A DNA stretch of 64,000 nucleotides, taken from contig CBDCKN010000013.1 of NCBI GenBank assembly GCA_965218295.1, positions 192,001-256,000 on the forward strand, written 5' to 3'. The translations under genes and the position numbers were made by a program. The notes beneath the pieces are model-generated. The model did no database searches, was not told the origin of the DNA, and was given only the letters and a program-made list of their open reading frames with translations. This document shows positions 1 to 9,924 of this stretch, one piece after another; positions within the stretch are counted from its first letter, which is position 1, and every line of letters begins with the position of its first letter. The stretch is from Longimicrobiales bacterium. Its GTDB lineage: Bacteria > Gemmatimonadota > Gemmatimonadetes > Longimicrobiales > Gaopeijiaceae.

Positions 1-30
1 CCGTTCGACCTGGGCCTATAGTCCTCCATT

Positions 31-351
31 TTGGAACGGGTCCCGACCACCGTCCCCTTTCCATTCGCGCCGGAGACGTTTCGCAATGCGGCACCAAGTT
101 GTTTCTCTACCAGCGCTTTCCTGCCTGTGTGCGGTCATGCCGTCGTGTTGCTTGTCGCCTGCGGCGACGACGCCAGCAAGCCGCCCAACCGGGCTCCGGT
201 GGCTGTCGGCACCCCACCGGTACTGGAGATCATCGCCGAGCAGGCAGTCACCGTCGTCGATCATCAACTACAGGCTCTTGGTCTACGAGACCGTACGGGA
301 CCGCTTCCCAGGTCTGCGTGGCGGTCAGCCCGTTCGGATCGGTCGCCGTGA
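31..351 (+). pseudogene. Truncated lipoprotein N-terminus (lipobox followed by Ig/cadherin-like repeat start)
   Basis: VVLLVAC-GDD lipobox then PNRAPVAVG motif; coding character is lost after about 270. Confidence 0.35.
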
Positions 352-491
352 TGGTTTGCTGACGGGCATGGATGGGATCCGTGTTGCAAGTTGTGCGGGG
401 GGTGAGTGAAGGTAGGGACGTCGGTTGCTAGCCCGTTTCGGTGCGGGTTGCCAAAGGAGGAGGCAGGCGTGAAGACCGGAGACAGAGGAGC

Positions 492-2084
492 ATGAGCGAC
501 GGGCGGCAACGGCGGGCCAAGGCGAAGGACGGGTTGTGGAAGGGGCTGAATCCCACGATGGCGCTGGCAGCCAAGAGCTTCGTCCTGGCATTCGTCCTCT
601 TCGCCGTCCGCGACGTGGAGGCTGCAGGCGCCGCGTTCGAGCGCATCCGCTCTTGGATTGAGGGAACGCTGGACTGGTATTATGTCTCAGTGGTCTGCGC
701 CTGTCTCTTTGCCTGCTTGTTCCTGCCGTGCAGCCGGTTCGGAAGGATCCGGCTTGGCGACGACGCTTCCGAGCCGGAGTTCCGCACGTCCTCCTGGTTC
801 GCCATGCTGTTTTCGGCAGGTGTGGGGATCGGGTTGCTCTTCTTCTCCATCGCCGAACCGATCTTCTACTTCGACAACAGCCAGAGCGCGGGTTACCCGA
901 ACAACCCCCTGGCCGACCTCGCCGGCGCCGTGTCGCTGGACGAGGCGCGTGCCGTGCACGCTATGCGCGTGGTTTACTTCCACTGGGGCATGCACGGCTG
1001 GGCCGTCTACGCCCTGGTCGGGCTGTGCCTGGCCTACTTCGGATTCCGCAAGAAGCTGCCGCTGACGTTGCGCTCTGCTCTGTATCCGCTCATCGGCGAC
1101 CGAATCTACGGCCCCATCGGCGACATCGTGGACCTGCTGGCGGTATTCGGCACGGTCTTCGGCATCGCGACCACGCTGGGGCTCGGGGCCAGCCAGATGG
1201 CCACCGGACTCGACATCCTGCTCGGCGTCGATCCGGGGCTCGTCACGCAGGTCGCGCTGATCGCGGCAATCTCGGTCGCGGCCACTCTGTCGGCCGTATC
1301 GGGCGTGAGCCGCGGGATCCGCATCCTGTCGGAGTGGAACATCGGCCTGAGCGTTATCCTGTTGGGCTCCTTTCTCTTCCTCGGTCCCGGCACGTGGCTC
1401 GTGGGCTTTCTTGCAACCTCCATCGGCGAATACCTATGGCATGCGCTGCCCATGGGTTTCTGGATCGCTGATGATCCGGGGCAAGCTGTTTGGCAGAATC
1501 GCTGGACCATCTTCTACTGGGGATGGTGGATCTCCTGGGCGCCCTTCGTCGGCATGTTCATCGCCCGCATCTCGCGCGGGCGCACGCTGCGCGAATTCAT
1601 GCTGGGCGTGCTGGTTGTCCCGACTGCCCTGGGGCTGCTGTGGATCGGGGTTTTCGGTGGCAACGCCATCTACCTGGAGCTCAACGCGGCGGGCGGCGTC
1701 GGAACCGCCGGGATCATCGAGCTGGTGCGGGACGCGCACTACGAGGCCGCGCTCTACGGGACCATCGACAGGTTGAGCGACATCGGCTGGCTGACGTGGG
1801 CCATGTCCGCCCTGGCTACCCTTCTGCTGGGGACGTGGTTCATTACGTCCTCGGACTCCGGCACGCTGGTCATAACAACCCTGCTGAGCATGGGCGACCC
1901 CCACCCACCCCAGCGTTTCCGCATCGTCTGGGGACTCGGCATAGGAGTGGTGGCCGCCGTGCTGCTGCTCGCCGACGGCCTCCAGGCCTTGCAGACCGCC
2001 GCCATGGCCGCCGCCCTGCCGGTGAGCATCGTGCTGTTGCTTATGATCGCTGGGCTGATGAAGTCCCTGGCGCAGGATCCGTAG
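492..2084 (+). CDS. BCCT family (betaine/carnitine/choline) transporter
   Basis: Motifs SWFAMLFSAGVGIG, FHWGMHGWAVY, WTIFYWGWWISWAPFVGMFIARISRGRT; GAGGAG RBS before ATG at 492. Confidence 0.93.
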   Translation: MSDGRQRRAKAKDGLWKGLNPTMALAAKSFVLAFVLFAVRDVEAAGAAFERIRSWIEGTLDWYYVSVVCACLFACLFLPCSRFGRIRLGDDASEPEFRTSSWFAMLFSAGVGIGLLFFSIAEPIFYFDNSQSAGYPNNPLADLAGAVSLDEARAVHAMRVVYFHWGMHGWAVYALVGLCLAYFGFRKKLPLTLRSALYPLIGDRIYGPIGDIVDLLAVFGTVFGIATTLGLGASQMATGLDILLGVDPGLVTQVALIAAISVAATLSAVSGVSRGIRILSEWNIGLSVILLGSFLFLGPGTWLVGFLATSIGEYLWHALPMGFWIADDPGQAVWQNRWTIFYWGWWISWAPFVGMFIARISRGRTLREFMLGVLVVPTALGLLWIGVFGGNAIYLELNAAGGVGTAGIIELVRDAHYEAALYGTIDRLSDIGWLTWAMSALATLLLGTWFITSSDSGTLVITTLLSMGDPHPPQRFRIVWGLGIGVVAAVLLLADGLQALQTAAMAAALPVSIVLLLMIAGLMKSLAQDP

Positions 2085-2519
2085 TGATACGAAGGTGGCG
2101 AACTGCACCGTCTCCTTCCCACGCCTGACCTCGAGATCGGGTCCGTTGCTGTGGCATGAGGTCATCACCCCGATCTACCACACGATGGCTTCCACAGCCC
2201 GATCGGTGCATCAGCGTGTGCGCTGGGTGTTGTAATGGGCGGTCGCGATGAAGCTCCGTACCGACAACCCACAATCGACGCCCGCCGGATACAGGTTATT
2301 AACCTGACCGGATCTTTCGTCGTCAGCCACTGAAGCTGAACTCGGTCAGGGCCGGTTGAGGGCTATGCTGAGCGTAGCGTGCGGGTCTCCGAATAGGGTA
2401 TCTCGGCTGTGTAGACCACGGGCGGTCCGCGACCGACAACCGACATCCGGCTGCTTGCGCCGCCTTCCCGTCCAGGGATTCCGGGCGTGATGGACGCGAC
2501 CGCGGGAGGCCAGTTACGG

Positions 2520-2610
2520 TGTGAGAGCCAGCCTACCCAATGTTTAACATTGCGGTTTGGCCAAGGGGACGCTGCGCCCCCCTTTGAACCCCCAACTTCC
2601 CGCGCGGCGC
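2520..2610. other. Diverged copy of the oriT-like motif
   Basis: gagccagcctaccc ... cccctttgaacccccaacttcccgcgc, similar to 7765-7865, 21429-21510 and 44819-44900. Confidence 0.5.
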
Positions 2611-2901
2611 TGCCCGAGCAGCGCGCTGGCGGGGTGCGCTGCACCGTCGCCGCCGCCACCGGCGTGATTCCCGACCGGGCTCACCGACCGTCGGGCCAAG
2701 GTCGTGGCCGCCGTGCGTCGCCGCCCCAGGCCAGGGCTCCGCACGGGGACGCGGACCCGCCCCGGCGGCGGGGCAGTCCATCCCGAGGAGTCATCGCCGC
2801 GTCGGGCAGCCCGCTACCGTTGATCCTCAAGTCCGCGGCTCGCGGTCAGGGGGGCGAACGAACCTTTACGGAGTCCGTAACAGGGCGTACATTCGGAGCA
2901 C

Positions 2902-3178
2902 ATGATACGAAGCTTTAAGGACCGGAGAACGAGACGTTTCTTCGAGGGGCGGCGTGTCGCGGCGTTTCACGGCTTTTCCGATCAGGCGGTGCGCCGGCTG
3001 ACCCTGCTGGACAGCGCGGAAACGCTCGGCGACCTGGCCGCGCTGCCGAGCAACCGGCTGGAAGCGCTTCGGCAGCCGCGCCGGTCAGCACAGCATTCGG
3101 ATCAACGCGCAGTGGCGTATCTGCTTTCGTTGGACCGACGACGGGCCGAGCGATGTCGAGATTGTGGATTATCACTGA
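2902..3178 (+). pseudogene. higB: HigB (RelE-like, plasmid maintenance killer) toxin, frameshifted
   Basis: MIRSFKDRRTRRFFEG...LPSNRLEAL, continuing in another frame as GSRAGQHSIRINAQWRICFRWTDDGPSDVEIVDYH*; shift near 3070. Confidence 0.88.
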
Positions 3179-3189
3179 GGAGGCATGAC

Positions 3190-3495
3190 ATGAACGCGAA
3201 GAACGGGATGAGGCCGGTGCATCCGGGTGAAGTCCTGCGCGAGGAACTCGACGAGCTCGGGCTGTCGGCCAATGCGCTGTCGAAAGCGCTTGGCGTGCCG
3301 GTCAACCGGGTGACGATGATTCTCAACGGCCAGCGGGGCGTGAGCGCCGATACGGCGTTGCGGCTGGCCACCTATTTCGGGACGACTCCGCAACTCTGGT
3401 TGAATCTGCAGAAGACTTGGGAGCTTCGCCGAACGGAGATCGAGGCGGGTCGCGAGATCGCCGAGCAAGTCACGCCTCGGCACGCTGTGGTGTAG
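3190..3495 (+). CDS. higA: HigA family antitoxin (XRE HTH)
   Basis: MRPVHPGEVLREEL...LSANALSKALGVPVNRVTMILNGQRGVSADTALRLATYFGTTPQLWLNLQ; GAGGAGG RBS. Confidence 0.92.
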   Translation: MNAKNGMRPVHPGEVLREELDELGLSANALSKALGVPVNRVTMILNGQRGVSADTALRLATYFGTTPQLWLNLQKTWELRRTEIEAGREIAEQVTPRHAVV

Positions 3496-3683
3496 AGGAG
3501 GCGACCCACGCCGTCCCCGAGCTGCTGGCACCTATGGGGCAGGAGACGATGGCTCCGCGATGCCGGATCGCCATGGACGCCGGTGGCGGTCGCTGGATGC
3601 GGGTACGATTATGGGGCAACTCTGGGGGCATTATCTGATGCGTCCAAGCCAATTAGCCAATGGACACAATGACTTACGGACGC

Positions 3684-4049
3684 TTATGACAGGTTGCCGT
3701 TCGTGGTCAGCGCATCGAACGAGCCCTGGGCGCTCTCGACGGTCGAGGCGAGCGAGGCCGCGGCGTCCATCATCGCGTAGTCGAGCACGCGCTGGCGGTC
3801 GGCGGTCTCCTTGGCCTGGCGGTAGTCCTCAACCGCGCGCGACGACGCCTCGGGCGGGCGGTTACGGTAGAGATCGAGGATGTCCGCCTCGCTGACCTGG
3901 TCGGCCACACCCTGCGCGCTCCGCCAGACATCGGTGAACGAGCTGCCGCTCCCCATGTCACGGACCGCGTCGACCAGCTCGCCGGCCGCGCCGCTGAACT
4001 CGGAGCCCCAGTCGAGGCCGTCGCCGACTAGGCCGATCGGAAGGGGCAC
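3684..4049 (-). pseudogene. Fragment of a mobile-element hypothetical protein
   Basis: Helical GC3-rich reading frame with no convincing start; both ends abut unrelated sequence. Confidence 0.3.
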
Positions 4050-4142
4050 GTCCGGGTGTCGATCCGGCGTAGAGTCTGGATCAGGTTGTTCCCCTCAAGC
4101 AAGGACGTGGGCGATGATTGGAACCTGCGGGGATCTTAACCA

Positions 4143-4595
4143 ATGGTCATCGTAGGACAAGTTGAGTCGCGAAGTTCATCCGCATCTTCCCGGGACGGCC
4201 CACCCGGTGAATCGGAGATCCACCGACTCAACCCGCAGCGTGAACTGAAAATACGGAAGGCGATGGATTGGGATTCCTTGGAACCGGGAAGTCTCAATCT
4301 CCGTGTCGACGGTAATGCGGTAGCAAGCCTTGCGGAACTGGAGGCGCTCATTTGCGAGCGTCCTGATGAAATCGACTATCCGGAGGAATACGAGCATATT
4401 TCCAAATATCGTGGGGGTTACAAGTACTATTCCGCTACCGCAACTGTAGGTCACGAAACCGAAAAAATTCTTGTTCGGAGGGCTGCTGTTAAGCCAGTGC
4501 CACGGCGCATTGAGCTATTTGCCGCAGTTAATTTGCGGTGTCGTTTCCAATTAGAGGATGGCGACGACGTTCGTTTTACAGAGATAGGTTCGTGA
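4143..4595 (+). CDS. Low-GC hypothetical protein resembling the DUF120 / CTP-dependent riboflavin kinase fold
   Basis: GQVES near the N-terminus, PGSLNL, and C-terminal IELFAAVNLRCRFQLEDGDDV pattern. Confidence 0.5.
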   Translation: MVIVGQVESRSSSASSRDGPPGESEIHRLNPQRELKIRKAMDWDSLEPGSLNLRVDGNAVASLAELEALICERPDEIDYPEEYEHISKYRGGYKYYSATATVGHETEKILVRRAAVKPVPRRIELFAAVNLRCRFQLEDGDDVRFTEIGS

Positions 4596-4763
4596 GAGGC
4601 CCCGCTAGGGTCTCCGGTCTAGGTCACTCCACCGGGGAGGTTGGCCGGGGGGCATGTTGGGGGGCTCGCTCCTATTGGTCACTCCTGGCCTCAAAATCCC
4701 TTGCGGAAGGGCACCTGGGCCGCCGATGGAGAGCACAGCGTATTGCCGGATCGGGACGACCTC

Positions 4764-4910
4764 CTAGTCGGCCAGATAGGCAACCCAATCGTTCATGAGC
4801 CGACGCCGGCGCTCGAACAGGTCTGTGCGCCGATAGGCTGCCTCGACCCTGTCTTGGACCACATGCGCCAAGGCCGCCTCGATGACCTCGCGGGGATGAT
4901 CCGTCTCCTG
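4764..4910 (-). pseudogene. 3' remnant of a P4-type tyrosine integrase
   Basis: Translates to ETDHPREVIEAALAHVVQDRVEAAYRRTDLFERRRRLMNDWVAYLAD*. Confidence 0.85.
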
Positions 4911-5067
4911 CGTATGGGTTCCGATACGTTCCATAAACGTCCAATGAGAATCTATAACAAGAATAATGACAGTGATTTATAGAATATCCTAAGGGTTGCG
5001 AGGTCCCACTGCGTCCGCTAGATTCCCGTACATAACATACGATGTTTTATACGGGGACTACTACGAC

Positions 5068-6273
5068 GTGGATTTGCCCAAACACCGAGGTAGGCGCCCG
5101 CACAACGCACTCAGCGCGGCCTTCGTGCGCACTGCGAAACCCGGCTACTACTGTGACGGCAACGGCCTCTATCTGCGTGTGGACCGCTCCGGCGCGCGTC
5201 GATGGGAGCAGCGTCTGCGGATCCAGGGTCGAAACCGCACGCTGGGGCTGGGGGGCTGCCAGCTGGTATCGCTGGCCGAGGCGCGCGAGAAGGCGTTCAC
5301 GAACCGCAAGATTGCGCGCTCGGGCGGTGATCCGCGGACCGAGCGGCACAAGGTCCGGGACATACCCACGTTCGCCGAGGCGGCCGCCCGCGTTCTGGAA
5401 CAGAAGCGGCCCGGCTGGCGCAGCGGCAAGCATCCGGAGGACTGGATCTCCAGCCTGCGTGCCTATGCGTTCCCGGAACTCGGCCATCGGCCGGTCGGCG
5501 AGATAACGACAGCCGACATTCTGGCAGTTCTGACGCCGATCTGGCACGGCAAGCACGTGACCGCCCGACGGGTGCGCCAGCGCATCGGGGCGGTGATGAA
5601 GTGGGCGGTGGCGATGGGACTTCGACCGGACAACCCCGCCGGCGACGTGCTCGATCAAGCGCTTGGCCGGCATCGGGTTGTCGTCCGACACATGAGAGCA
5701 TTGCCTCACTCGGAGGTCGCGGGCGCGATCGAGGCGGTGCGGACTTCGGCGGCGAGCGTCGCGACCAGGCTCGCCTTCGAGTTCATGGTGCTGACGGCGT
5801 GCCGTTCCGGCGAGGTTCGCTTGGCGGGCTGGGATGAAATCGATCTCGAGGCGGGCGAGTGGACCATCCCCGGCGAGCGAATGAAGGCCCAGCGCCCGCA
5901 CAGGGTGCCGCTGTCCGGGCGCGCCGTGGAGATACTGGGCGAGGCGCGGACGCTCGGGGACGGCGGCGGTCTGGTCTTCCCGTCGTCGGAGGGCCGTCCA
6001 TTGTCCGGCAGCACCCTCTCCACCCTGCTTCGGGGACTGCGTATCGCGGCCGTGCCGCACGGCTTCCGGTCCAGCTTCAGGGATTGGTGCGGCGAGTGCT
6101 TCACCGCCCCCCGTGAAGTCGCCGAGGCCGCGTTGGCCCACGTGGTCCGCGACAAGGTGGAAGCGGCCTATGCGCGTTCGGACCTGTTCGAGCGCAGGCG
6201 CGTCCTGATGGACAATTGGGCTGCGTATCTGGCGGGCGAGCGTCTGGACCCGGAGGCCGAACCGGCTCGCTGA
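5068..6273 (+). CDS. P4-like tyrosine recombinase/integrase with Arm DNA-binding domain
   Basis: DGNGLYLRV arm domain; catalytic R (TACRSGE), HGFRSSFRDW, LAH, AYARSD; start GTG 5068 or TTG 5074. Confidence 0.93.
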   Translation: MDLPKHRGRRPHNALSAAFVRTAKPGYYCDGNGLYLRVDRSGARRWEQRLRIQGRNRTLGLGGCQLVSLAEAREKAFTNRKIARSGGDPRTERHKVRDIPTFAEAAARVLEQKRPGWRSGKHPEDWISSLRAYAFPELGHRPVGEITTADILAVLTPIWHGKHVTARRVRQRIGAVMKWAVAMGLRPDNPAGDVLDQALGRHRVVVRHMRALPHSEVAGAIEAVRTSAASVATRLAFEFMVLTACRSGEVRLAGWDEIDLEAGEWTIPGERMKAQRPHRVPLSGRAVEILGEARTLGDGGGLVFPSSEGRPLSGSTLSTLLRGLRIAAVPHGFRSSFRDWCGECFTAPREVAEAALAHVVRDKVEAAYARSDLFERRRVLMDNWAAYLAGERLDPEAEPAR

Positions 6274-6409
6274 TCCGCCGCGCTCGCAGTGTCGGCGGAC
6301 GAGTCCGTCAGGCGCTGAAGAGCAGGGGCGCGAAGGCTGGCTCACGACCCGTATGTGGACGCCCCCCGGGTTGGCAAGCCTGACTTCGAACCGAGGTTGG
6401 TGGCAATCA

Positions 6410-6560
6410 GGTCCGGTACTGTCGTATGTCCGGCCTCTTGATGCAGCCCTCGTTGGCTGCGGGCCCGTATGGTGTTCGTGAGATCGGATCCAAATCGTTA
6501 GGTCGGGCTCGGTGGCCCTTCGGGTCATCCTGGTGTTTCCGATCCCGTCTTCCAGACCGT
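6410..6560 (-). ncRNA. Putative seek/bridge RNA of the IS1111-type element
   Basis: Guide-like segments ATGACCCG (6528-6521) and CTAACG (6501-6496) match the target; ACATACGA (6429-6422) matches the circle junction; each pair brackets an internal hairpin. Boundaries approximate. Confidence 0.75.
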
Positions 6561-6643
6561 TTGCCCTTACTCGTTCTTGCGTCCTGCTGCCCACATCTCC
6601 CAGCAGCTTTCTCTGTTTGCGCTTCTCTCCTTTCATTGGCCGG

Positions 6644-7666
6644 TCAGGCGGCAGCGCGAACCCGATGGATCTCCTTCTTCGTGGTCAGCGCCCAGACCAT
6701 CCGCGCCGTCCTGTTGGCGAGCGCCACCGCGACCAGCATCTTCGGCTTGCGTGCCAGCATCCTGGCCAGCCACGGATCCGTGATCTCGCCGCGCCGGATC
6801 GCGTTTTGGACGACCGCCATGGCTCCCGTGATCAAGAGCCGCCGGAGATCGCGCTGGCCCATCTTCGATATCCTGCCCAGCCTCGGCTTGCCGCCGGTGG
6901 TGTGCTGCCGCGGCACAAGGCCGAGCCAGGCCGAGAAGTCGCGCCCGCGCCGGAAGCTCTCCATCGGCGGTGCGAAGGCCTGCAGTGCCATCGCGGTGAT
7001 CGGTCCGATTCCGGGGATTGTCATCAGCCGCGCCGTCTCTTCGCGCTCCCGTGCGCTCGCCCGGAGCTTCCTGTCGAATCCATCGATCTTCTCATCGAGC
7101 TCGTCGATCCGCCCGAGCAGCAGCCATCCCAGCTCGACGACCGCCTCCGGCAGGCCGACGTCCCCGTCTTCCAGCACCCAGGCCAGTTGCCCGATCCGGG
7201 CCCTGCCCTGCGGAGCAACAACTCCGAACTCGGCGAGGTGACCCCGAAGGGCATTGATCGTCTGTGTGCGCTGGCGCACCAGCAGGTCACGCGTGCGAAA
7301 GAGCATCCCCTGACCCTGCTGCGCTTCGGTCTTGACCGCCACGAAGCGCATGGTCGGACGCTGTGCGGCTTCCGAGATCGCCTCCGCGTCCGCCGCGTCG
7401 TTCTTCTGCCTCTTGACGAAGGGCTTCACGTAGATCGGGGGAACCAGCTTCACCTCGTGACCGAGGGCCACGATCTCCCGGCCCCAGTAGTGGGCGCCGG
7501 CGCATGCCTCCATCGCCACCGTGCAAGGCGGCTGCGCGGCGAGAAAACTCAGCAGCTTCCCGCGGCTCAGCTTCCTGCGGTACGCTACCGACCCGTTCGC
7601 CTTCGCCCCGTGTACCTGAAAGCTGCGCTTTGCCAGATCGATCCCGATGATGCTAACCTCCTCCAT
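6644..7666 (-). CDS. IS110 family DEDD recombinase/transposase
   Basis: IGIDLAK, MEAC, KNDAADAEAI, IPGIG, SAWLGLVPRQHTTGGK, KMGQRDLR. Confidence 0.95.
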   Translation of the reverse strand: MEEVSIIGIDLAKRSFQVHGAKANGSVAYRRKLSRGKLLSFLAAQPPCTVAMEACAGAHYWGREIVALGHEVKLVPPIYVKPFVKRQKNDAADAEAISEAAQRPTMRFVAVKTEAQQGQGMLFRTRDLLVRQRTQTINALRGHLAEFGVVAPQGRARIGQLAWVLEDGDVGLPEAVVELGWLLLGRIDELDEKIDGFDRKLRASAREREETARLMTIPGIGPITAMALQAFAPPMESFRRGRDFSAWLGLVPRQHTTGGKPRLGRISKMGQRDLRRLLITGAMAVVQNAIRRGEITDPWLARMLARKPKMLVAVALANRTARMVWALTTKKEIHRVRAAA

Positions 7667-7754
7667 TGGATGCCTCCTCCCTCAGATGGTCGATATCGCT
7701 CAGTACCATCTTGGCACATTGCGATGCCGCCGGGAGGGGGCGTCCACCCCATCG

Positions 7755-7865
7755 TTAGCAGTCATGAGCCAGCCTACCCCTTGGGGCCACGCTTCGCGGG
7801 TCCCCGGCAGGGGCTGGCGAGGGGTGGCTCCGCTTCCCCTTCGAACCCCCAGCTTCCCGCGCCGC
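7755..7865. other. oriT-like motif, right part (left hairpin arm at 6336-6349), interrupted by the IS1111-type element
   Basis: gtcatgagccagcctaccccttggggccacgcttcgcgggtccccggcaggggctggcg, conserved after three integrases. Confidence 0.7.
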
Positions 7866-8410
7866 TGCCGGGGCAGCGGTCGCGCGGCCGGTGCGGCCCC
7901 CCGAAACCCGCCGCCGGTGCGCCGATGGCTGACCCACCGCACCGCCATGGTCGCCGCTCGCGCCACGTCGGCCGAGCTCGCCAGCGGGCGGGCCAAGGCC
8001 GTGGCCATCGATAGCCGCATGATTGAGATGGCCGCGATCTTGCTGTTCACCGGGATTGGGACGAAGTCCGCCAACCTGTAAGAGGCCGCGGGCGATATCG
8101 CCGACGTTGGACTGCCGGCGCCCGCACCGCTCGTGCGGCGTGCCCGTCACCGTCAGCCAATTGAAGGCGCGGCTGCGGGTCACCTCGATGTCACGCCGGA
8201 CGGCGAGGAGCCGGCCAAGCGTATGGGCCGAAGCCGGGGAGGCCCCGACCGACCGGCAGCCCGGCCCTCGACGCCTGGCATGAGGGAAGTTCGCTGGGCG
8301 GAAGTGGTGGGATCCGAACCGGCGGTTTAACATTAGTGATGCGCGGCTGTCCACGCCGGTGGATAGACCGTCACCCCACGACACATGACAGAAAAGAAGG
8401 AGTCGGTCTC

Positions 8411-9698
8411 ATGCGAAAGCGCATCGTTTTTTCTGTCGCGGCACTGATCGCCGTTCTTGCGACGCCGGGATGCAAAGAAAGTCCAACCACACCAAGTACA
8501 ACCACACCGCCGGAATTCGAGCCCGGGCCGCTGGGTGCAGTCACTTTGGAGGCAGGCGAGGCCGTGCGGATCCGCATGCTGCTTTCGGTCACGGTCGCGC
8601 CGTCGCTGGGGGCCGTGTCCCGGCACGGGGCCGAGTTCGCCGTCGAGGACATGGGTCCCGTTCACGGGCGCCAGGTCGACCTGGGCGATCCGGTTGACAC
8701 CAGTTGTTCGCTGGAAGGCGGCCGCGAAGGTGCGCTTGGAATCATCGGGGACCCGCAGGTGGCCGGCGTCATCGGAACAAACTGCTCGGCCGCGGCCGTG
8801 GCGGCGTCGCCCGTCATCAGCGACGCGGGCTTGGTCATGATTTCGCCGAGCAACACCTCGCCGCGGCTCACCTCCGACCTGGCCGGCAACGCGAACCCCG
8901 CCTATCACGCCGGTTACTTTCGCGTGTCGTCCAACGACCTCCACCAGGCACGCGCCCTCTCGGACTTCGTCTACAACCAGTCTGGAGCTGCAGAGCGTGG
9001 CCACCGTTCACGACGGCGACCCCTACACGTCCGCCCTCGTGGCGGCGTTCGCCGACGCGTTTTCGGCCCTCGGGGGCAAAGTGCCGGCCCAGGCAGAAAT
9101 CGAGAAGGGTGACACCGACATGACGGAGGTTCTGGAGCAGTTCGCGGTCGCCGGCCCGGACGCCATCTTCTTCCCGCTGTTCGAGACGGAGGGATCCGCC
9201 TTTGCCGCGCAGGCCCTGGCCTTCGACGGGCTTGAAGGGACGACCCTGATTTCAGCGGCCGCGCTGCTGGTCTCCGCGTTCCTGGAAACGCCGCAGTCGG
9301 AGGGGATCTACTTCGCGGGGCCGGAATCGGACTTTCGCTCAAACGTCAACGAGGTGACAGGACGGAGCGGGGAGCAGGTTCTCGCCGCGTTCGAGGCCAG
9401 GCACGGCGGGTTCCCCGGGTCACCCTATTGGGCGCACACCTACGATGCGACCACCATCCTCCTCTCGGCCATTGAGGCCGTTGCCGTGGAGGACGGTGAC
9501 AGGCTGCACATAGACCGGGCGGCACTGCGCGAGCAGGTGGGGGCAACCGCTATGAGCGGCCTGGTCGGGACGCTATCCTGCGACCCGTTCGGCGACTGCG
9601 GCACGGGACGGATGAACATCTACCACCACACGGACAGGAGCGTCACCGACGTTTCCAAGCTGCCGGTGGTCTACGTATACAGCCCCCCGAGCCGGTAG
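8411..9698 (+). pseudogene. Branched-chain amino acid ABC transporter substrate-binding lipoprotein, +1 frameshift near 8981
   Basis: Lipobox LATPGC, VIGTNCS, MISPSNTSP, YFRVSSND; ORFs 8336-9112 and 8997-9698 join as YNQLELQSVATVHDGDPY. Confidence 0.85.
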
Positions 9699-9924
9699 GC
9701 GGGCCGGTTTCCGGGGATCGTCCCGGCGATCCGACGGCCACCGGGGCTACGTGGCGGGTTCGAGCGGATGCCGGTGTCCGGTCACCCGGAACTTGAAGTT
9801 CTTGTCGGGGCAGACCTTGGCCAGCGAACTCAGCTTGAGCCGGTAGTTTTCGGGCGCCAGTTCAAGCTCCAGGTGTTCGGGGGTTTTGGGGGGATTCCGC
9901 AACCCGAAGCGTAAAGGGTGATCA

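Larger units (their letters stand above)
6352..7754 (-). mobile_element. IS110 family element, IS1111 type (sub-terminal IRs, long 3' non-coding end)
   Basis: Sub-terminal IR GTGGACGCCCCC at 6355-6366 and 7736-7747; CG(T) core at both junctions (6350, 7753); flanks rejoin into the hairpin seen empty at 21403-21437. Confidence 0.9.

Noticed and set aside
5047..8014. Long antisense ORFs (5047-6636, 6512-8014) and similar ones opposite other genes
   Set aside because: Shadow ORFs expected from high GC3 codon bias
8960..9000. Programmed frameshifting or phase variation behind the many split genes
   Set aside because: No slippery or simple-repeat tract here; indels are scattered (also 26735, 30295, 36652, 54400, 63145) and fit decay or sequencing error
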